A stretch of 64,000 nucleotides of DNA from an uncultured bacterium (GCA_963749495.1 CAVVMW010000013.1:16299-80298), one strand, 5' to 3'; shown: positions 46,586 through 59,038, counted from the stretch's first letter. The notes: generated from the letters alone by a model not told the origin. Program-made: numbers and translations.

Positions 46586-48808
46586 CAGGGCTATTGACAA
46601 AGTCCGGCGGCACGTTTTGGCATCGGCACGGGTGGGTATTTTGAACCCGCCAGCCTCCACGAACGGCGCGCTCACTGAGAAAAAGCGCGTTGCTGGGCTG
46701 GTTTTCGAGGTCGGTGGGGCCATCACGGCAAAGCCGGAGGATGGCCGCTTTGGCGCAAGCAGCCTGCGGTTCTGGTTGAGGCGTTGCTTCTTAGTCTGCG
46801 TCTGTGCTTGAGCCGGTCATGAAGCGGCGGATTAAGCCCCAGGGACGGCGGCAAACCCGGCGCTCAAAATCCCGCTCAGAGAGCTTGCCGCCCCGGTGCG
46901 GGCGGTGAGTTTGGCACAGGAATATGGCCAAGGTGCGAAACAGCGAGAGGTTGCGAGCGGTGTTGGTTTCACGCACTGTGCAGCGGTCTTCGTCTTGAGT
47001 GCGGTCGCGGCGGTGATGCTGGCCATTTTCGATGCTCCAGTGATCGCGGGCCAACTGCTGCAACTCGTCGATCGAGGCCTCCTCCGGCCAGAGGTTGGTG
47101 AAGGGGAACGCCACGTCGTGAGTCTCTTTAACCACCTGGCCCCGCCGCACGAACTGGACGTCGCGCTCGATGCGCAGCAGTTGAGCGGCCCCGGCCAGAC
47201 CGAGAGTCGGAGGGTCAACCAGGCAAGACCACACGCGCCGGGTTTCAATCCGACCGTGGCCCTTGTCCACCACACTGAGTTGAGGGGGGAAGGGCGCCGG
47301 GCAGCAGTTGCTCGGCTTTGGCCCGGGCCAGAGGCTGGTTGCCTTTTAAGAAGAGCAAGTAGTCGGCTCCGTTGTTGAAGGTCAGTTGGCGGCAATTGGC
47401 TTTGATGGTATGGGCGGCATCGGCCGTGACTCGCACTCCAGCCAAATCCATCTGGGGCAGATGGGCGGCGACGGCGGCCTCTTCGTTGGTGTCCCGCGGC
47501 ACGGCGATTTGATCGACCAGGCGTTGGTCGGAGGTCATGAAGTTGACCAGCGTCAGGGCCTTGTCGGCCTTGGGCTTTTGCTGCTCGATGGGAATCTCGC
47601 AAGGCTCAGGCGCCGGCAACTCCTGGGCGTTGTCCGCCTTGGGGCGGGCGGGGGCCGGTCGAGCGTTCTTGACGACTTTGCCATCGAAATGCACCGTCTT
47701 GAGCGGGGTGGGATCCTCCTGGCGCATCCAGTCCACCAACACCGCCTTGAGCTGATCGGCATTCACCTTTTCTAACAAGCGCCGGAAGGTACGCTCACTG
47801 GGTACGTCGAACTGAGCGTGCGCGCCGGGACGGCGGCGGCAGCGCAAATGGCGGCGCTGTCCGTGGTTGAGGCTCTGGGCAAATTCGGCGATGGCGTGCG
47901 GCCCTTGGCAGCCCGCCGCCATGGCCAAGGCGACCAGCGTCAGAAGCGTGGCCAACAGATGCCGCACCCCCTTGGGCTTGCGCGGTTCGGTCATGTGCAA
48001 CCGGAAGCACTCCCAGAGCGAATGCAATCGTCCGGTGGCCACCGGACAAGGGGGCGGCAGGGGGCCGGCCGGATTGAGCAGGGCGGGCGGCAACTCTGGG
48101 GCTTGCAGTTGCTCCAAGTTCCGCGGGCTTAAGGGGCGCACCCACAGTTCCTTGGGGTGTTGCGTGTCGGTGTAGAAGTCCTGCCAGTTTCGCTCATAGC
48201 CCTGGGTCGGCCCCAGTTGTTGCCAACCCGCCGCTTTGTAGCAAGTGCCCTTGAAACGTTGTGGATCCACGAAGGTCTCCATCCCCAGCACCGGATGACC
48301 AAAGTGCTCCTGCCAATCCCGGGCTAGGCGCTCACAGACCAGTTTCAAGACCCGAGAGGCCAAATTCGGCCACCGACCGCTGCTGGGCAGCACCAAAAAC
48401 CGGGCGTTCTGTGCAATCAAGTGCCGCCGTTCCTTGACTTGGCGCGGGGACCATTTGAGCCAGCGATCCCGTGGCTTGAGGTGCAAGGCGGGCGAACCAA
48501 ACACCAGGAGCGCCACCCACTGGCCCTGATACTCGGCCACATACCGCAGCACCTGCCCCACTACCGTGGGGTTCTTTAGATAATGCTTGGTTGCCAGCAA
48601 CTCATCGAAGCGATCTCGATCTGATTCGTCGATCAACCGCAGAGTGATTGCGCTGAGCAGCCTGGGCTCGGAGGCAGCCCCCTTTGAAACAGTCGGCCAA
48701 ATGAATAGACATGGCCCCAGTCCAGCACAGTCAGAGGACCGACGCCAGCCAATTCTTCCTAAGTCATTGCCCATTAGAGCGCCCCCCGGGTCCTTGCCAG
48801 CCGCCCTG
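46586..48808 (-). mobile_element. ISAs1-family insertion sequence
   Basis: Imperfect terminal IRs CAGGGCTATTGACAAAGTCC / CAGGGCGGCTGGCAAGGACC (14/20); no target duplication seen. Confidence 0.7.
46791..48774 (-). CDS. ISAs1 transposase with N-terminal DUF4338 domain, split across two frames at ~47285
   Basis: DUF4338: HYL, LRYVAE, NLASRVL, ETFVDP..FKGTCYKAAGW; DDE part: EPRKPKGVRH, FDGK, TNE, TADAAH, KGNQP | KGHGRIETR, RDHWSIEN.HHRRD..QDED. Confidence 0.85.
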
Positions 48809-48980
48809 CGTTCCGAGGGGCAGTGTGCGAATGCGCCCTTGACAACCGGACCTCCCTGTAGTTGCTTGCACCGATCCGATGAATTGTCCCGCTGGCGGGA
48901 TTTGCTGGCGGACCTTTGTGGGCAGAAGGGGCCCACAGCAGTTCTTCGGTGTTCGATGCAACAATCAAATTCGTGGAACT

Positions 48981-51915
48981 ATGAACGACCGTCTGAAAAC
49001 CTTGTCCCGATTCCTGAAACCCGGCGCCGCTCTCACCAGCGCCGCGGGATTATTGCTGTGCCAGACCGCGCTCGGTCAGACCATCCCCAACCCAAGCTTC
49101 GAAAGCAACACCTTCGCCAATCCGCCAGGCTACGTGAGCGACAACTCGCCCATCACCGGCTGGACGGCCAGTCCGCCCGAGAGCATCGGCCTCAACCCGG
49201 CGGGCGGCACTAACGTGTTTGCCGACAACGGGGCAATCCCCGATGGCACGAACGTCGCGTTCATTGAATCGTCGGACTCGCTGTCGTCGATTCTCGGCAC
49301 CACGATCTCCGGCCTTACGGCCGGAACCACCTACAAGGTCACCTTTCGCGAGAATGCGAGCAACGGCCAGACCCCCAACCTGAGGATCTCGATCAACAGC
49401 ACCGAACTGCTGGCCCTGACCACCTATTCGGCCGGTTCGACCAATCCTTACTTTTACATCGCCTTCGAGTTCACCGCTACGGCGGCATCCCACATGCTCA
49501 ACATCTTGAACGATGCGAGCGTCACCAATACGCTCCTGGTGGACGATTTCCGCATCGCCCCCTCCAGCGGAGCTTGGACTGTGGATGCCTGGAACGACGA
49601 TTCCACCTCCGGGGTGGATCCGACCTTCTTCTACACGCACGCCTACGCCTTCAACAACAGCGCCAACCCGACGATCAACGGCGTCCCCTTTACCGGCGTG
49701 CCCGGCGCCAGCCCTGCGGTGAGCGGCCGCTTTTCCACGACTTACTTCGCCAACGCGACCAGCCGCGCCAGCAATATCACCGGCGACAGCGCGACAATGG
49801 GCGACCCGTTCGTCTATGGCGGGACAGTCCCCGCGGGCGCCTTTCAGATTATCGACATCCAGGGCCTGACACCGGGGACCCAATACGTTGCGACCGTCTT
49901 TTCGTATGCGTTTGACGACCCCAGCCTCACCATCCGCTGGGTGACCTTTAGCGCGAACGGCGACTACCTGACCGTCAACCAGGACCAGTTCGGCCTCAAC
50001 AACGGCATTCGGGTCTCCTACCGCTACACAGCCGACACCAACGGGAGCGCCACCATCAAGATCTCCCCGATCAACCCTGCCAACGTCAGCTTCCATGTTT
50101 GCGGCTTTTGCAACCGCGAGGCCGTCAGTCGTGACGTCGCCCCCATCATCAATACGCCGCCTCTAGGCACGGTCGTGGCGCCGGGGCTGCCGGTGACTTT
50201 TTCGGTCGCCGTCCAAGGCATTCCCGCCCCAACCTACCAGTGGCGCTTCAACGGCACCAACATCAGCGGCGCCCAAGCCAATTCCTATACCGTGGCCCAG
50301 GCCACAGCCCAGACCGCCGGCAAGTACGATGTCGTCGTCAAGAATGTGGCGGGCTCGGTCACCAGCGCCCTCGCCTCGCTCACCGTCGGCATGGCCCTGG
50401 ACAACCCGAGTTTCGAGGCGGACACCTTCCTGAACTGGCCCGGTTACTGCGGCGATAACGCCGGCGGCAACGGCACCCTGGCCGGTCCGAATACGCCGAT
50501 TACCGGCTGGACGCTTGACGACCTCAATGGCGGCGGCCTCAACCCCATCTCCGACAGCACCTCCCCCTCCCCCTTCGCCGACAACGGCATCACCCCCAAC
50601 GGCACCAACGTCGCCTTTATTCAGAGACTCCAACACCCTCCGTCAGACCGTCAGCGGCTTCACCGTCGGCTCCCAGTATAGCGTCCACTATTACGAAAAT
50701 GCTCGCACGGCCGGGACCCCGTGGCTCCAAGTCACCATGGGCGGCGCCACCGTCCTGGCCGCCCACCCCATCCAGCCGGTCGGTAGCGGCCCATACTACG
50801 ATGTCTATAGCGATGTCTTTATCGCCACTAACACCGCTCTCGAACTGGACTTCGCGAAGACCGACCCGACGGGTGGCGACTCCACCGCGCTGATCGACAG
50901 CGTCACTGTCCTCCCGATCCCCCCCGGCACGCCTCCCCGCTTGCTCAATCAGCCCCTCAGCGTCACCAACGCCCTGGTCGGTGACACCGTCACCTTCACT
51001 GCCCGGGGTTTGGGCACCATCCCATTGAGCTACCAGTGGATGAAAGACGGGGTCCCTCTCACGGGCCAAACCAACGCCACTCTCACCTTGGCCAACGTGG
51101 TCCAGACCAACTCGGGCGCTTATGTGCAGACCGTGTCCAACTCGAGTGGCAGCACCAATAGCCTGGCGGCTCAACTGGCCGTCACGGCTCGGGTTCTGGC
51201 CGGCGCTGCCTATGGGACCGGCGTTGCCAATGACGGCACGTTGCTCGCGGCCGGCTCGGCGGACCCGCATTATATGCTCACCGTGAGCCCCGACCCGAAC
51301 GCCCCGGCTGGCACCAACGCCATCGTTGTGAATTTTGCCTGGCCAATCGCTGCTGGGGTCTGGGTCTTGAACGGGCCCAATTCGGAGTGGATCGCCCCCT
51401 CCGCAGCCCAGGGCACTGGCAACGCCAAGGGCAACTACGTCTATGAAACGACCGTCAACCTCACGGGCCAGGATCTGAACCAAGTCCAGATCGTCGGCAG
51501 TTGGGCCGCGGACAACTCTGGCACCAATATCAAGGTCAATGGCGCCAGCACCGGCCTGACCTGCCCCAGTTTCACCCCCCTCACTCCCTTCACCCTCGTC
51601 AAGGCCAACGGTTTGGTGGCAGGAACCAACACACTCGACTTCCTCGTCAATAACCTCCCGGCAACGCCCAACCCCACGGGTCTGCGCGTCGATCTCAAAG
51701 CGCTGGTCCTTCTGCAATCGGTCTCGACGGCCGCGACCCTCAAAGTCAGCCGTAGCGGCGCCAACCTCGTCATCTCCTGGTCCCCAACCTCTCAGGGCCA
51801 GAAGCTCCTCTCGGCCCACGACCTCAAAGGCCCTTGGACCGAGATCACCGGCGCGTCCAACCCATACACCGCCAACATCGGCGTCACCAACACCTACTTC
51901 CGCGTCTCGCAGTGA
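48981..51915 (+). CDS. Large secreted/surface protein with repeated NPSFE carbohydrate-binding-like domains, Ig-like domains and a C-terminal Verrucomicrobia-type beta-domain; one frameshift at ~50625
   Basis: Two NPSFE...ITGWT...FADNG..P.GTNVAFI repeats; PTYQWRFNG and LSYQWMKDG Ig domains; ends YFRVSQ. Confidence 0.75.
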
Positions 51916-52119
51916 GCAGCCAGACGCCACCGCGCGGAACGCGGCACTCTTCTGCCCCGGAGGGGCAGTAGATACTGTCACTCCGTGGTCCGGACCGCCA
52001 GTCGGGCCAGGGCCGCCGGGTCCTGGCCCGAATCGAAGGGGCGCAGCCGGAAGCCATAGGTGTGTTGCTGGCAGGGGATGGGGACCTCCTCGTGCGGCCA
52101 GGCGCCCCAACTGTCGTCG

Positions 52120-52369
52120 CCGCCACCTTGTTAATGTCGCCTCGCAGCCGCTTGACCGCGCCGGCCAGCCAATACACTGCCAGGCGCATTCCCTTGACGT
52201 AGGCAACGCGCCCGGCCGCCGTTTCACGGAAATCAATCAACGGGAAATCCCGCCGGCGTAGAAATTCATCCAGCGCCAGGGCGCCCACCTTGGCGGGTTT
52301 GCAACCGGTCCGCGCGGAATAGCGCCTTACGCCAAGGCCCAGGTCGTTGGGAAGCCTCACGGTCATCAC
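52120..52369 (-). pseudogene. Truncated RHH/DUF433-like antitoxin or regulator
   Basis: MTVRLP...LDEFLRRRDFPLIDFRETAAGRVAYVKGMRLAVY. Confidence 0.45.
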
Positions 52370-52420
52370 ATAGGTTTAGAGACCTTGAATTTCAAAACGT
52401 GATGCAGCCAGGTCAAGTTT

Positions 52421-52470
52421 GTGGCACGGGCATCCTGCCCGTGGGGGCTTGGGCAGGATGCCCGAGCCAC
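52421..52470. repeat. REP-like palindromic element
   Basis: GTGGCACGGGCATCCTGCCC...GGGCAGGATGCCCGAGCCAC, 20-bp stem with one mismatch. Confidence 0.75.
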
Positions 52471-52705
52471 GGTCTGAGGCCCAGCCTGGCTTGCTCATTA
52501 CCTCCAGACTATCGCCCAGCCGACGGCCGCTTGGCCAGTGCAAACAGCAGCTTTTGTAACTCTTGCAGCCGGGTGCCGGATTTCTTCGCATGGAATGCGC
52601 CCGGCGTTGTCCAACTCACGGCGTCGCGGTTGTCCCCTGCCCCTGCTTGCTTTCCCGGGGCGCGCGCGGGAAGGCCGGCGCGGACGCAGGCGTTGATCGG
52701 CTTTT

Positions 52706-54304
52706 ATGATCATGCTGCCCATCATAGATCGCGAATTGCGCGTGGCGCTGCGGAAGAAGCGGCCGGTGCGCAGCCGGCTGGCGGTTGCCGCGGCGGGCGG
52801 CGCCATCGCGCTGTTTTTCGTTTGGCTGGGCGCCAAGCCCGGCACGCGCGGCATGGGCGGCCTGCTGCACCGGGTGTTTTGCCTGTTCGGGCTCTACCTG
52901 GCCCTGCGCCCGCCCTTGCGCGCAGCCGGGATGATAGCCGAGGAACGGCGCAACCAGACGCTGGGCCTGCTGTTCCTGACCGGGCTCAGCCCCGCCGAGG
53001 TCTTTGCCAGCAAGGTCTTCAGCGGGGCGCTCATAGCGCTGACGGAATTGCTGGCGCTCTTTCCCCTGCTGGCCTCGCCATTCCTGATTGGCGGCGTCTC
53101 GTTCGAGCTGTTTCTGGCGACGGTCTGTTGCCTGCCCAGCCTGCTGTTCTTCGCCCTGTCCGTGTCGTTGCTGGCGTCGGTCCTGACCCGGGAAGAAGGC
53201 GCGGCGGTCCTGCTGGCGGCGGTGTTGGCGCTGGGGCTGTGCGTGGCCGCACCCGCTCTCTACTCGGCGCAGGTCCATCTTCTCCCCGGCGCAAGGCCCT
53301 CTCTGTGGTGGCTGCGCCTGAGCCCCGCCTACGGACCGTACCTGGTCTGGACCGGACTGCAATGGGCGCCGATTGCCGAGTTTTGGCGCAGCCTCGGCCT
53401 GACCATGATCTGGACCGGGCTCTGCCTGGGCGCCGCCGCCCTCGCTCTGAGAGGCCTCTCGCGCCGGGGCGAGGATGCCCGCACGGACAATCGCTGGCGG
53501 GAGTTGTGGAACCGGCTCGTCCATGGCGGCGCCCCCTGGCGCAGGCGTCTGGCCGCCCGCTGGCTGGAGGCCAATCCCTTTGTCTGGCTGGCGGCGCGGG
53601 ACCGCCAGCCGGTGGCCCTCGCCTGGGCGGTTGTGGCAGGAACCGTTGTGGCCTGGGGCCTTTCCTTGGCGGTCTGGCGAGGAGTGCGCGGCCAGCTCAA
53701 TGTCTTTCTCCTCGCCCTGTTCCTCAACGGGACCTTGCGCTGGCTGCTCCATTACACGGCGGCGCGGGGCCTGGGTGAGGCCCGTTGCGATGGCACCTAC
53801 GAACTGTTGCTGACGACTCCCCTGCAGCCCAGCGACATTGTATGGGGCCAACTCGAGGCCCTGAACTGGCAATTCCGCAACGTGCGGCGGGCCGCGCTGG
53901 TCCTGACGGCGGCACTGCTCATCGAGGGCATGGCCCTGGGCCCCGGATTTCCCCCCGCGCTTGGCTTGTTCATCATCGTGTGCTGCTGGCTGCTGGCGTG
54001 GGGCTCCGCGTGGAGCCCGCGTGCGCGCTCGACGCTCCTGGTCATGTGGGCGGGGCTCAACTGCGGGCGGGCGGCCGTGGCGGTGTGGCGCGCCACCGGC
54101 CTCCAATCGTGGCTCCTGAGCAAGGGCGAAACGCCCGATTACTGGGAAGGGCGCCTGACCACCGAGTTGCGCGAGATCGCGCGGGAACCGTTGCCCGACC
54201 CCGATGACGCCCGGTTCAAACGCTGGGACGTGCGCGAACGCTTTCCCTGGGGCTGGCTGGTCCTCCAGCAGCAATTGCACGAACGGCTGGCCAGGAGGCG
54301 GTGA
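52706..54304 (+). CDS. ABC-2-type transporter permease-like membrane protein
   Basis: LPIIDRELRVA, IAEERRNQTLGLLFLT, DGTYELLLTTPL duplicated halves; many TM segments. Confidence 0.8.
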   Translation: MIMLPIIDRELRVALRKKRPVRSRLAVAAAGGAIALFFVWLGAKPGTRGMGGLLHRVFCLFGLYLALRPPLRAAGMIAEERRNQTLGLLFLTGLSPAEVFASKVFSGALIALTELLALFPLLASPFLIGGVSFELFLATVCCLPSLLFFALSVSLLASVLTREEGAAVLLAAVLALGLCVAAPALYSAQVHLLPGARPSLWWLRLSPAYGPYLVWTGLQWAPIAEFWRSLGLTMIWTGLCLGAAALALRGLSRRGEDARTDNRWRELWNRLVHGGAPWRRRLAARWLEANPFVWLAARDRQPVALAWAVVAGTVVAWGLSLAVWRGVRGQLNVFLLALFLNGTLRWLLHYTAARGLGEARCDGTYELLLTTPLQPSDIVWGQLEALNWQFRNVRRAALVLTAALLIEGMALGPGFPPALGLFIIVCCWLLAWGSAWSPRARSTLLVMWAGLNCGRAAVAVWRATGLQSWLLSKGETPDYWEGRLTTELREIAREPLPDPDDARFKRWDVRERFPWGWLVLQQQLHERLARRR

Positions 54305-54342
54305 GAATGACGAATGACGAATGACGAATGACGAATGACGAA
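54305..54342 (+). repeat. Heptamer tandem repeat (GAATGAC)x5
   Basis: Read directly; starts immediately after the permease stop. Confidence 0.9.
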
Positions 54343-54378
54343 AAGGCGCCAAGTGTGCAGGTGCTGACCCCTTGCCCC

Positions 54379-56138
54379 TTATTTCGAGGCGGGGGCTTTT
54401 CCAGCAGCCTTTCCACTGCTGCTGGATTCCGATTTCGAAGGGGTGGGCGAGGTGCGCTGGGAGCTCGGACGGAGTTCGGCGTTTTGTTGGGCGGCTTTAG
54501 GAGTGGTGAGGCGCGCGGTTCGGCTCGGTTGGGAGGTCACTGTGGGGCCGGTCTGGGCTTTGGCCAGGAGCTGGGGAGTGTAGCTCGGCGCCGTGGCGGT
54601 GGCGGCTTTGGAAGGCGCCGAGAGACGGAGAGCACCCCTGGAGGCAGCGGCTGAAGGCGCATTGGCTGCGGACGGGGCTCGCGAGGTCGAGGCCACAACT
54701 GCAGGGGCAGGACGGCCCTGCGATGTCGTTGGAGCGGCGGAGCGGCCGGGGACAGCGGCGGTCTGCGCGGCACTCGGGCGCGAGGGGGCTCTCTCGACCG
54801 CAGGCTTTAGGGCCGGACTTTGCCCGGTTTGCGGGGAGGTTCTCGCGACGGCCGGTTGTGTCACCGTGCGGGCGGGTTGCGTCATAGTCGCGCGCGATCC
54901 TGGTGCTGGGGCGGATTGCCTGGCGGCCGCGGCGGAAGCGACGGAGGTGTGCTGGATGACCGGATGGCGTTGGTCCACCTTTTGGGCCACCATGGAGATC
55001 GGCTTGGCCGGGGCGGCCAGCTTGGGCCGGAAGACTTCCGTCTCAGCCCGGCCTGAGCCCTGCAACCTTGAGAGTGCGGGCGAGCCTGCGGGCAGGTCGC
55101 GGATGACGACCTTCGTAATCGGCTTGTGAGTGGCCGCGGCAATGCGCTCGACCGGCACGCCATGATTCACGACGGTGTTGTTGACGACCGTGTAGCGATT
55201 GATAATGGTCGTGTGATTATAGACCCGAGTCACCTCGACGGGCGACAGGCAGCAACGGTTCAGGTCGCGCGCACCAAAGTCCGCCACATTCACGAACGTG
55301 AAATGGGCAGGGCGCAGGCCGAAATCGAAGTCCAACGCCACTCTGACGCCATTGAAGCGGAGGCCAAGCCGCACATCGAAATCGGCGTGCAGCGGCAACG
55401 GGGCCCAGCCGCAGCGATCGTCGGCCCAGCGCCAGACCACCCAGGCCGGACCCCAGAACGTCATCGGGCGCCCAGACCCAGCCGCACCGCTCGTGCAGGT
55501 GCCACCGCCCGTAGTGAAACGCCGCCCAACCCCACGGATAATCCGACTGCCAGTACCAGCCCGCGTCGGTCCAGACCCAGTGGCCGGCGTCGCAGTAAGG
55601 CCGCCAGAGCCTGATTGAGGACCACCTCTCGAGGCTGCCAGCACCAGCCCACACCCTCGACCTGGACCCAGGCGCCATACGGCGCCAGGCCGCCGTAGAA
55701 GTAGCTCACCGCCTGCGGCGGGTTGCTCACATAGACCGCCGGCGGGGCGGCAGGGGGCGCGGGCGCCACGACAGGCGCCGCGGCCGCCATGACGGGCGCC
55801 GGAGCGGGTTGACCCCCCAGGACACGGTCCTGGTCGAGCATCGCGGTGATCACCGCGGAGGAGAACCCCAGCTTCTGCAAATAAAGGACGTTATCAGCGG
55901 AGAGATTGAACGGAGCCTGCGCCCCCTGGACGTAGGCCAGGAGCACATCGTCACTCATACCCGAGGCCTGCATGCGGACCACCTCGACCGCGCCTTGCGA
56001 GAGGCTGGACGTGCCGGGGCCCGGCCCAACCACCGGCGCAGGCCCCGCCGGGCTTTGCGCGCTGGTCACCTCAAGCGACCCCAAGAGTGATGTGAATCCC
56101 GCTGCTGCCAACAGTGCGAGCCATGTTGTTGTTTTCAT
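54379..56138 (-). CDS. Secreted DUF6600-like Trp-rich protein with an Ala/Pro/Ser-rich tail; frameshifts at ~55610 and ~55460
   Basis: Three consecutive frames give FYGGLAPYGAW, WRPYCDAGHWVWTD.GWYW.SDYPWGWA.FHYGRW, WGPAWVVWR..GWAPLP. Confidence 0.7.
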
Positions 56139-56395
56139 ATTACACGCTATTCGGCCCTATTCGACCATATAGACCCATTTGGTGAAAGAATATTCATCGT
56201 GCAACAGCACTCATGAGAACCTGAAACTGTGCGCGGCACAGTTGAGCACGGTCGCGTTGATGTCGCCGGAAGGTCGAGTGCGAGCGCGTGTTTTTCTCGT
56301 CCTTCGCGGTTCGCCAATCCCCAAAAACCCTGGCGGCTTTTTTCTTCCCAAATCTCTGGTTTCTGATACAAATCTGCCCACTATAACGATGATTT

Positions 56396-56770
56396 ATGGC
56401 TGACCGAGATCCAAGTCCGCCTGGACCGACTCCGCCACGGGAGCCGCCCTGGGCCGTGACTCCAGAGAAACTGTGCGAAGCCGTCCGCCGTCTCGTGGAT
56501 GCCGCCCACCCGCGCCGCATCATCCTCTTCGGCTCGCGCGCCCGCGGCAACGCCCGCCAAGACAGTGACCTGGACCTGCTCATCATCCTCGCCGAAGTCA
56601 AAGACCGCGTGGCCGAGATGGTGCGTCTTAGCCGTGTGCTGCGCGGCCTCATTCTGCCGGCGGAAGTCCTCGTCGTGAGCCAGGCCATGTTCGACGATTG
56701 GTCCGAACTGCCCGGCACCGTCTATTACGACGCGCGGCGCGAAGGCCAGACCCTCTATGACGCCGCTTGA
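56396..56770 (+). CDS. Minimal nucleotidyltransferase (MNT/MntA-type antitoxin)
   Basis: IILFGSRARG...DSDLDLL, REGQTLY. Confidence 0.85.
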   Translation: MADRDPSPPGPTPPREPPWAVTPEKLCEAVRRLVDAAHPRRIILFGSRARGNARQDSDLDLLIILAEVKDRVAEMVRLSRVLRGLILPAEVLVVSQAMFDDWSELPGTVYYDARREGQTLYDAA

Positions 56771-56800
56771 CCAGGCCCAGATGCTTCTCCGTGTTGCCTG
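56757..56800 (+). pseudogene. Probable start of the cognate HEPN gene, truncated
   Basis: Overlapping start MTPLDQAQMLLRVA, then low-complexity non-HEPN sequence. Confidence 0.4.
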
Positions 56801-57353
56801 GCCACCGCGTCTTCCCAGTCAGGTCGGCCGAGAACCGGCTCCGCCGCCGCGCAGCTTTCAGCCGGTGAGGCGGCCCTCGGGCCAGACCACCCGCCAGCGC
56901 CCCCGTCCTGCGCCGAAACCGGCAAGAAACCGCAACAATGTGCTCCTTGACTCTCTGGTCCTGCTCCGGTATCAACCGGCCATAATGAGTGAGAGCGAAA
57001 CCCAATTCTCGCTCACCCGCGCAGCGTCAAAACCGCGGGCGGGGCAAAAAAACAAATTCGTATCAGTCGCACCTAGCCTGGATTCCCACGCATGAAGCAG
57101 ACCTAACTTCCCGCGGCTTCCCGGGGCCATTCCGCGTTGTTTTTCCGGCGGATTCTCGAAACGCGCGTTATTGATACTATAAACTTATACTCCAATTCCA
57201 CTATGTCAGAACTGAGCTCGGTGCTGTTCTCAGCCTCGCCTGGTTCCTCGATCCGTGCAAATTCGCCCTCTCTCGCAGCCAAAAATGCGCCTTTCCACCC
57301 CCACAGGTTGTATTTCCCCTTGACAACCCCACTATATGTGACATAGTGGATCT

Positions 57354-58206
57354 GTGTTTAATAATAAACACAAAAACTTAACAGACTTGGCCCAGGTGTT
57401 CCTCACCCCTGCCAACTCCACCCACCCGCCAATACGAGGCCCTGCGTGCCTTCTTCGTCGACGGCCTCTCCTCCCAAGAGGCTGCCCGCCGCTTCGGCTA
57501 TTCCCCGGGCAGTCTCCGCGTCCTGGCCTGCCAGTTCCGCCAAAACCCGCACCGCCCCTTCTTCCTGCCTCCGGCCAAAGGGCCTCAGCGCGCCCCCAAA
57601 TCCGACCCCTGGCGCCTCAAGATTGTCGCCGCCCGCAAACAGAACCTCTCCATCTACGACATCAGCCGGCTCCTGCAGGAGCAGGGCCACCGGCTCAGCC
57701 CGGTCTCCATCGCCCATATCCTCAAGGAGGAACACTTTGCCCGCCTGCCACGACGGGCCGATGAAGAACGGCCCTGGCACCCCCATCCCGAGACCGCCCC
57801 GGTCGCGGATGCGCGCCTGCTGGATTTGTCGGCCCGGCAGTTTCGCACCCAGTTCGGCGGCCTGTTCTTGTTCGTGCCCTACCTGAGCGCCGTGCCCTGG
57901 GAGCGTATCCTGGAGCAGAGCCAGTTCCCCGGCACCCGGCAGATCCCCGCCGCCCATGCCATGCGCTCCCTCTTGGGGCTGAAATTGTACGGCTCGGCTC
58001 GTCACAGCCATGTGATGAGCGAGGTGTTCGACCCAGGCTTGGCCTTGTTCGCCGGCCTCAACTGCATCCCCAAGCGCTCGTTCCTCACCGAATGCAGTTG
58101 TCGGATCGATCCCCCCTCTTACCCCAAGCTCATGCACCGCTGGTTTGATGGCGCCCGCCAGTTGGGCCTGCCTCGGGGCGAGTCCTTCGATCTGGACTTC
58201 CGCTGA
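57354..58206 (+). pseudogene. HTH-DDE transposase, truncated at FDLDF; frameshift at ~57425
   Basis: H-RQYEALRAFFVDG...AARRFGY, second HTH, D.GLALFAGLN.IPKRS.LTE, FDLDF then stop; TTGACA at 57320 upstream. Confidence 0.7.
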
Positions 58207-58357
58207 CGCTGAATTTGCTTTTTTCCTTGACGCGGAGCTATGCGGGGGTCTATAAGAGGGGCGTTTTTGGTGGGACTGCGTGGCTGTGCCACTCAGAGAA
58301 TTTTCAACGAGGATGTTGACAACCTCCGCCACAGGCGATACGATTCGCTTTGAGACT

Positions 58358-59038
58358 ATGCGAAGGGGACTGAAGTATTCAGATCCGATGGGGTTCACTC
58401 TGATCGAACTGCTCGTCGTCATTGCCATCATTGCGATCCTGGCGAGTATGTTGTTGCCGGCGCTGAGCACGAGCAAAGCAAAAGCCAAGCAGACTCAGTG
58501 CTCCAACAACCTCAAGCAGGTCGGGCTGGCGATTCACATGTATGCCGGGGACCAACGGGAACACGTTCAGATTGCGTCGCCATTGGACACTAAGTTCTCC
58601 TGGGGCGCGCTCCTGTATTCCAACCAAAACGTCAGCGCCCCGTTGGTGTTCCGCTGCCCTGCCTACCCGCCGTACACTGTTTATACCAATTTCTACACCT
58701 ATTGGTTCTGCACCTACGGGGTTTGGTCAGATCCACCGGATACCGTCACTTCAGGCAACCTCAAGCAGGACATCGTCCTTTCCGCCATTCAACGTGCAGT
58801 CGACTATCTTCATCTGGCCGATACCACCAGCCGCGGCCGCCAAGGCTGGGGGGCCGTTCAATTCTACACCTTTCGCACCAACGCCCAAATGGAAGTGCAC
58901 GCTCGCCATAGCGGCTCCGCGGAGGGGTGGTTCATCGACGGACATGTGGAGGGGGCGAAGCGTGCGCGCCTGGAACAGCTCGGCATCCAGGCCCTCTTCG
59001 GACCGGATACTATCCCGGGTTACTATCCTCCTCCATGA
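58358..59038 (+). CDS. Prepilin-type N-terminal cleavage/methylation protein with H-X9-DG motif
   Basis: [49 protein letters not shown]. Confidence 0.9.
   Translation: MRRGLKYSDPMGFTLIELLVVIAIIAILASMLLPALSTSKAKAKQTQCSNNLKQVGLAIHMYAGDQREHVQIASPLDTKFSWGALLYSNQNVSAPLVFRCPAYPPYTVYTNFYTYWFCTYGVWSDPPDTVTSGNLKQDIVLSAIQRAVDYLHLADTTSRGRQGWGAVQFYTFRTNAQMEVHARHSGSAEGWFIDGHVEGAKRARLEQLGIQALFGPDTIPGYYPPP

Noticed and set aside
48100..48700. Druantia anti-phage system
   Set aside because: The DUF4338 domain is fused to an ISAs1 transposase inside IS ends; no other Dru genes are present.
54305..54342. CRISPR array or contingency locus
   Set aside because: Simple intergenic heptamer repeat without spacers; no cas genes or repeat-spacer arrays seen in the window.
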